A stretch of 28,220 nt of DNA, from the IMG/VR virus record IMGVR_UViG_3300006928_000053, positions 1 through 28,220 of that record. One strand, given 5' to 3'. The first letter of the stretch is position 1. Each line of letters starts with the position of its first letter. A program made the position numbers and the translations under genes. This DNA comes from a virus. Its lineage: Duplodnaviria > Caudoviricetes. This document shows positions 25,959-28,220 of the stretch, in pieces. The notes under the pieces are model-generated. The model was not told the origin of the DNA and searched no databases. It was given only the letters and a program-made list of their open reading frames with translations.

Positions 25959-26276
25959 TTAATCCTTGCTTCTTTCTTTAATAATTCCTGCTAATCTTAA
26001 TTTTACTAATATATTATCTACTTTATCAGAAATTGCTTGCACTTGTGATTGCGTTGGTGTTGTGCTAATTGTCTGATTTAAATTAGTTTCACTTTCTTGT
26101 TTTTTCTCTGGAACAAAACTTATCCATTCGCCCTTATATTTTGCATATAATTTAACACCATTACTCGACATATTCAAGCGAAATTCTCCATCGATACCAT
26201 CTTTTCTTAATGGTTTACCACGTCCTAAACGTATTCTTCTTTGCTTGCCATGTACTAAATCTCTAATATTAAACAT
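25959..26276 (-). CDS. Small virion structural protein (fibre/adaptor-like)
   Basis: GKP...GIDGE...LYAKYKGEW module and C-terminal KVDNILVKLRLAGII helix, resembling phage fibre-like proteins. Confidence 0.45.
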   Translation of the reverse strand: MFNIRDLVHGKQRRIRLGRGKPLRKDGIDGEFRLNMSSNGVKLYAKYKGEWISFVPEKKQESETNLNQTISTTPTQSQVQAISDKVDNILVKLRLAGIIKERSKD

Positions 26277-28219
26277 TATTTTACCGATTTTACCCTATAT
26301 ATAATACTTATATCATTAATTTCAAACGTAGCATCTGCCGCTCCTGCTATTTTTAATTGAAAAGAATAGCAATTATTAGCGTCACTTCCCATTTTATATT
26401 CCGCTCTAGACCATTTAGTATTATCAGACATGGCTGTAACTGTAGTAGTTGAGCTATCGGGTGTTTCGCCATTTACACCATATGTAACTGTAGGAAGAGT
26501 ATTACTTCCTTTATACGTAATATATACTTTATAAACACGTTTACGTATATTAGGAGAGCCAAAATCAATATCTTTGGTAGTTATATTCATTTCAAGCTCA
26601 TCATCTCCGTCATTAGCACTTGCTGAATCAGGAGTAATATCCCATTTTTTTATTTTTTCATTTTCATAATCGTAATAAACTAAATCACCATTATAATCAT
26701 TAATAAAGTTTGATACACCATTTAAATAGCTTATGCTGTCTTGTGTCCCTCTTGACCATGATTGTGTAGTTAGATTATATAGATATAAAAAACCATAAGA
26801 ATTAAATAAAATTTGTTTACTGCTTGGCACATATCCTGTAGTATTTACAGCATTATTCTGAGTTGTCCAAAAATCTTTCCATACTTGAGGGTCAATAACC
26901 TTTTGTCCATCTCTTTCAATTAAATCAATAATTTGAGAGCCGTTGTAAAAATAAGCTCCTTCATTATTAGCCCAAGCAATACCATTATCCGTTGTACAAA
27001 CTGCTCCTTCATTATTAACACCTTTAAATTTAAACGTGCCTTCTAAATAAGGGTCGCCTTGAGCAATATTGTGTATATATAATACTTGACTATTAAATTG
27101 TAGTAACCTATCATTATATGCTGCTAATGCAATAATTTCATCGCCATCGTTTGCAGCAGTTTCTATATAATTGTTTTGAGGAAATTTATCATATTGAAAA
27201 GGAACTGACCTCATAATTCTATCTGAAAATTGTGTTGGCTTATCATCAATAGTTTGATTAACATTGCCTGCATACACTATTCCATTTACCACTACAGCTG
27301 AGCGATAACTATTTAACATTATTGCATCAGTATGTTCATGCGTATTATGAGCGTAATAAGATAGCAATCTAGGCGGATGTTCAATAACATTGCTACTGCT
27401 TCCCCAATCAGGTTTTACATATACATATGCTCCATCATTTGCTTGCCTATGAGCTGTCCAGCCTGCGTATCCATCTCCACCAGAGGTTCTATCCATTCCA
27501 TAAGCTTTAACGCCTTTATGAAAGTCAATATCAAATAATCTCCATAAATCTGAATAACCATCTTCATTTTCTGCCCAATATATACGTACTCCAGAAATAC
27601 GTTTATTGCCATTATTTGTACCACTTACTGAAGAAGCTCCAAAATTATATGCATCCACATCACTAGTATTAGACCTATCAAAATTTGCACCAACAAATTT
27701 AACTACTGGTGTAAAATATGCAGCAACATCCTGCCCAATAGTGCCATAAGTATCATCGTTTGTAAAATAAATTTCACTTCGTGCACCGACTTGTATATAA
27801 TCTTTATCTATTACCCCACTTTGATTAAACATCCCAGAATGATACATTCTCATTAACTGAGGAAGACTTTCTTGTGTTCCGTCATCATATACAGTAGTAA
27901 TGTACAATTTATAACGCGTTGTTGTATTAGGCATCCATGTACCGCTATCATTTGCTCCGTCATCCAACTCTAACCCAACGCCCCAATATTGCCCAGAATT
28001 ATTTGCGTAAGCATCTGCTGAAGCCAATATACCTGTGTCAACACTTTCATTTGCAAAAGCATATAGAGGTTGGATAGCGCTTGCAGGAGAGTTAGCATAT
28101 GTATTATCAAATACATTTCCTGCAATTGCATTAATAGCAACTTTGTCCCCGTCAGAATTAGCAGTAGTTTCTGGGAAACAACCTTTTAATTTTGCATCTT
28201 GAGAAACTGTTGTTGGTAA
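26276..28219 (-). CDS. Tail tubular/nozzle (stabilisation-protein-like) protein, 5'-truncated by the window
   Basis: The frame is open from 28219 through the track start at 28027. Beta-rich, propeller-like segments and a C-terminal TKDIDFGSPNIRKRVYKVYITY motif typical of podovirus tail tube proteins. Confidence 0.65.
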   Translation of the reverse strand, partial: LPTTVSQDAKLKGCFPETTANSDGDKVAINAIAGNVFDNTYANSPASAIQPLYAFANESVDTGILASADAYANNSGQYWGVGLELDDGANDSGTWMPNTTTRYKLYITTVYDDGTQESLPQLMRMYHSGMFNQSGVIDKDYIQVGARSEIYFTNDDTYGTIGQDVAAYFTPVVKFVGANFDRSNTSDVDAYNFGASSVSGTNNGNKRISGVRIYWAENEDGYSDLWRLFDIDFHKGVKAYGMDRTSGGDGYAGWTAHRQANDGAYVYVKPDWGSSSNVIEHPPRLLSYYAHNTHEHTDAIMLNSYRSAVVVNGIVYAGNVNQTIDDKPTQFSDRIMRSVPFQYDKFPQNNYIETAANDGDEIIALAAYNDRLLQFNSQVLYIHNIAQGDPYLEGTFKFKGVNNEGAVCTTDNGIAWANNEGAYFYNGSQIIDLIERDGQKVIDPQVWKDFWTTQNNAVNTTGYVPSSKQILFNSYGFLYLYNLTTQSWSRGTQDSISYLNGVSNFINDYNGDLVYYDYENEKIKKWDITPDSASANDGDDELEMNITTKDIDFGSPNIRKRVYKVYITYKGSNTLPTVTYGVNGETPDSSTTTVTAMSDNTKWSRAEYKMGSDANNCYSFQLKIAGAADATFEINDISIIYRVKSVK

Positions 28220-28220
28220 A

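Noticed and set aside
12983-27624. Plus-strand and alternative-frame ORFs inside the virion arm (e.g. 14063-14548, 16811-17275, 15999-16181, 27415-27624)
   Set aside because: Shadow ORFs that arise from the codon bias of the long genes they overlap.
1-28220. tRNA genes, CRISPR arrays, integrase or transposase
   Set aside because: No cloverleaf with a T-loop consensus, no regularly spaced direct repeats and no recombinase motifs were seen by eye.

Overview
AT-rich, gene-dense segment of a tailed dsDNA phage genome, arranged as two convergent arms that meet at about 13008-13029. The + arm (1-13007) holds early and replication genes: two HNH nucleases, a Sak4-like AAA ATPase, an SSB-like protein, a primase-helicase fusion, two PD-(D/E)XK nucleases, a nucleotide-modification-associated protein and many small ORFs. 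The - arm (13030-28220) holds virion genes: a tail nozzle-like protein cut off by the window edge, three Gly-rich ejection-type proteins and a 3247-aa protein with a two-barrel RNA polymerase active site (ADLDGD) plus an embedded SLOG domain. The main finding is an apparently complete phage-encoded ubiquitin-like system at 2025-5891: a beta-grasp Ubl ending GG-NQ, a large E2-like protein, a JAB/JAMM peptidase and a ThiF-family E1, in the same order as bacterial BilABCD defence operons. The large intergenic gaps of the + arm also carry long stem-loops, several with shared basal motifs. All assignments come from motif recognition by eye; no searches were run.
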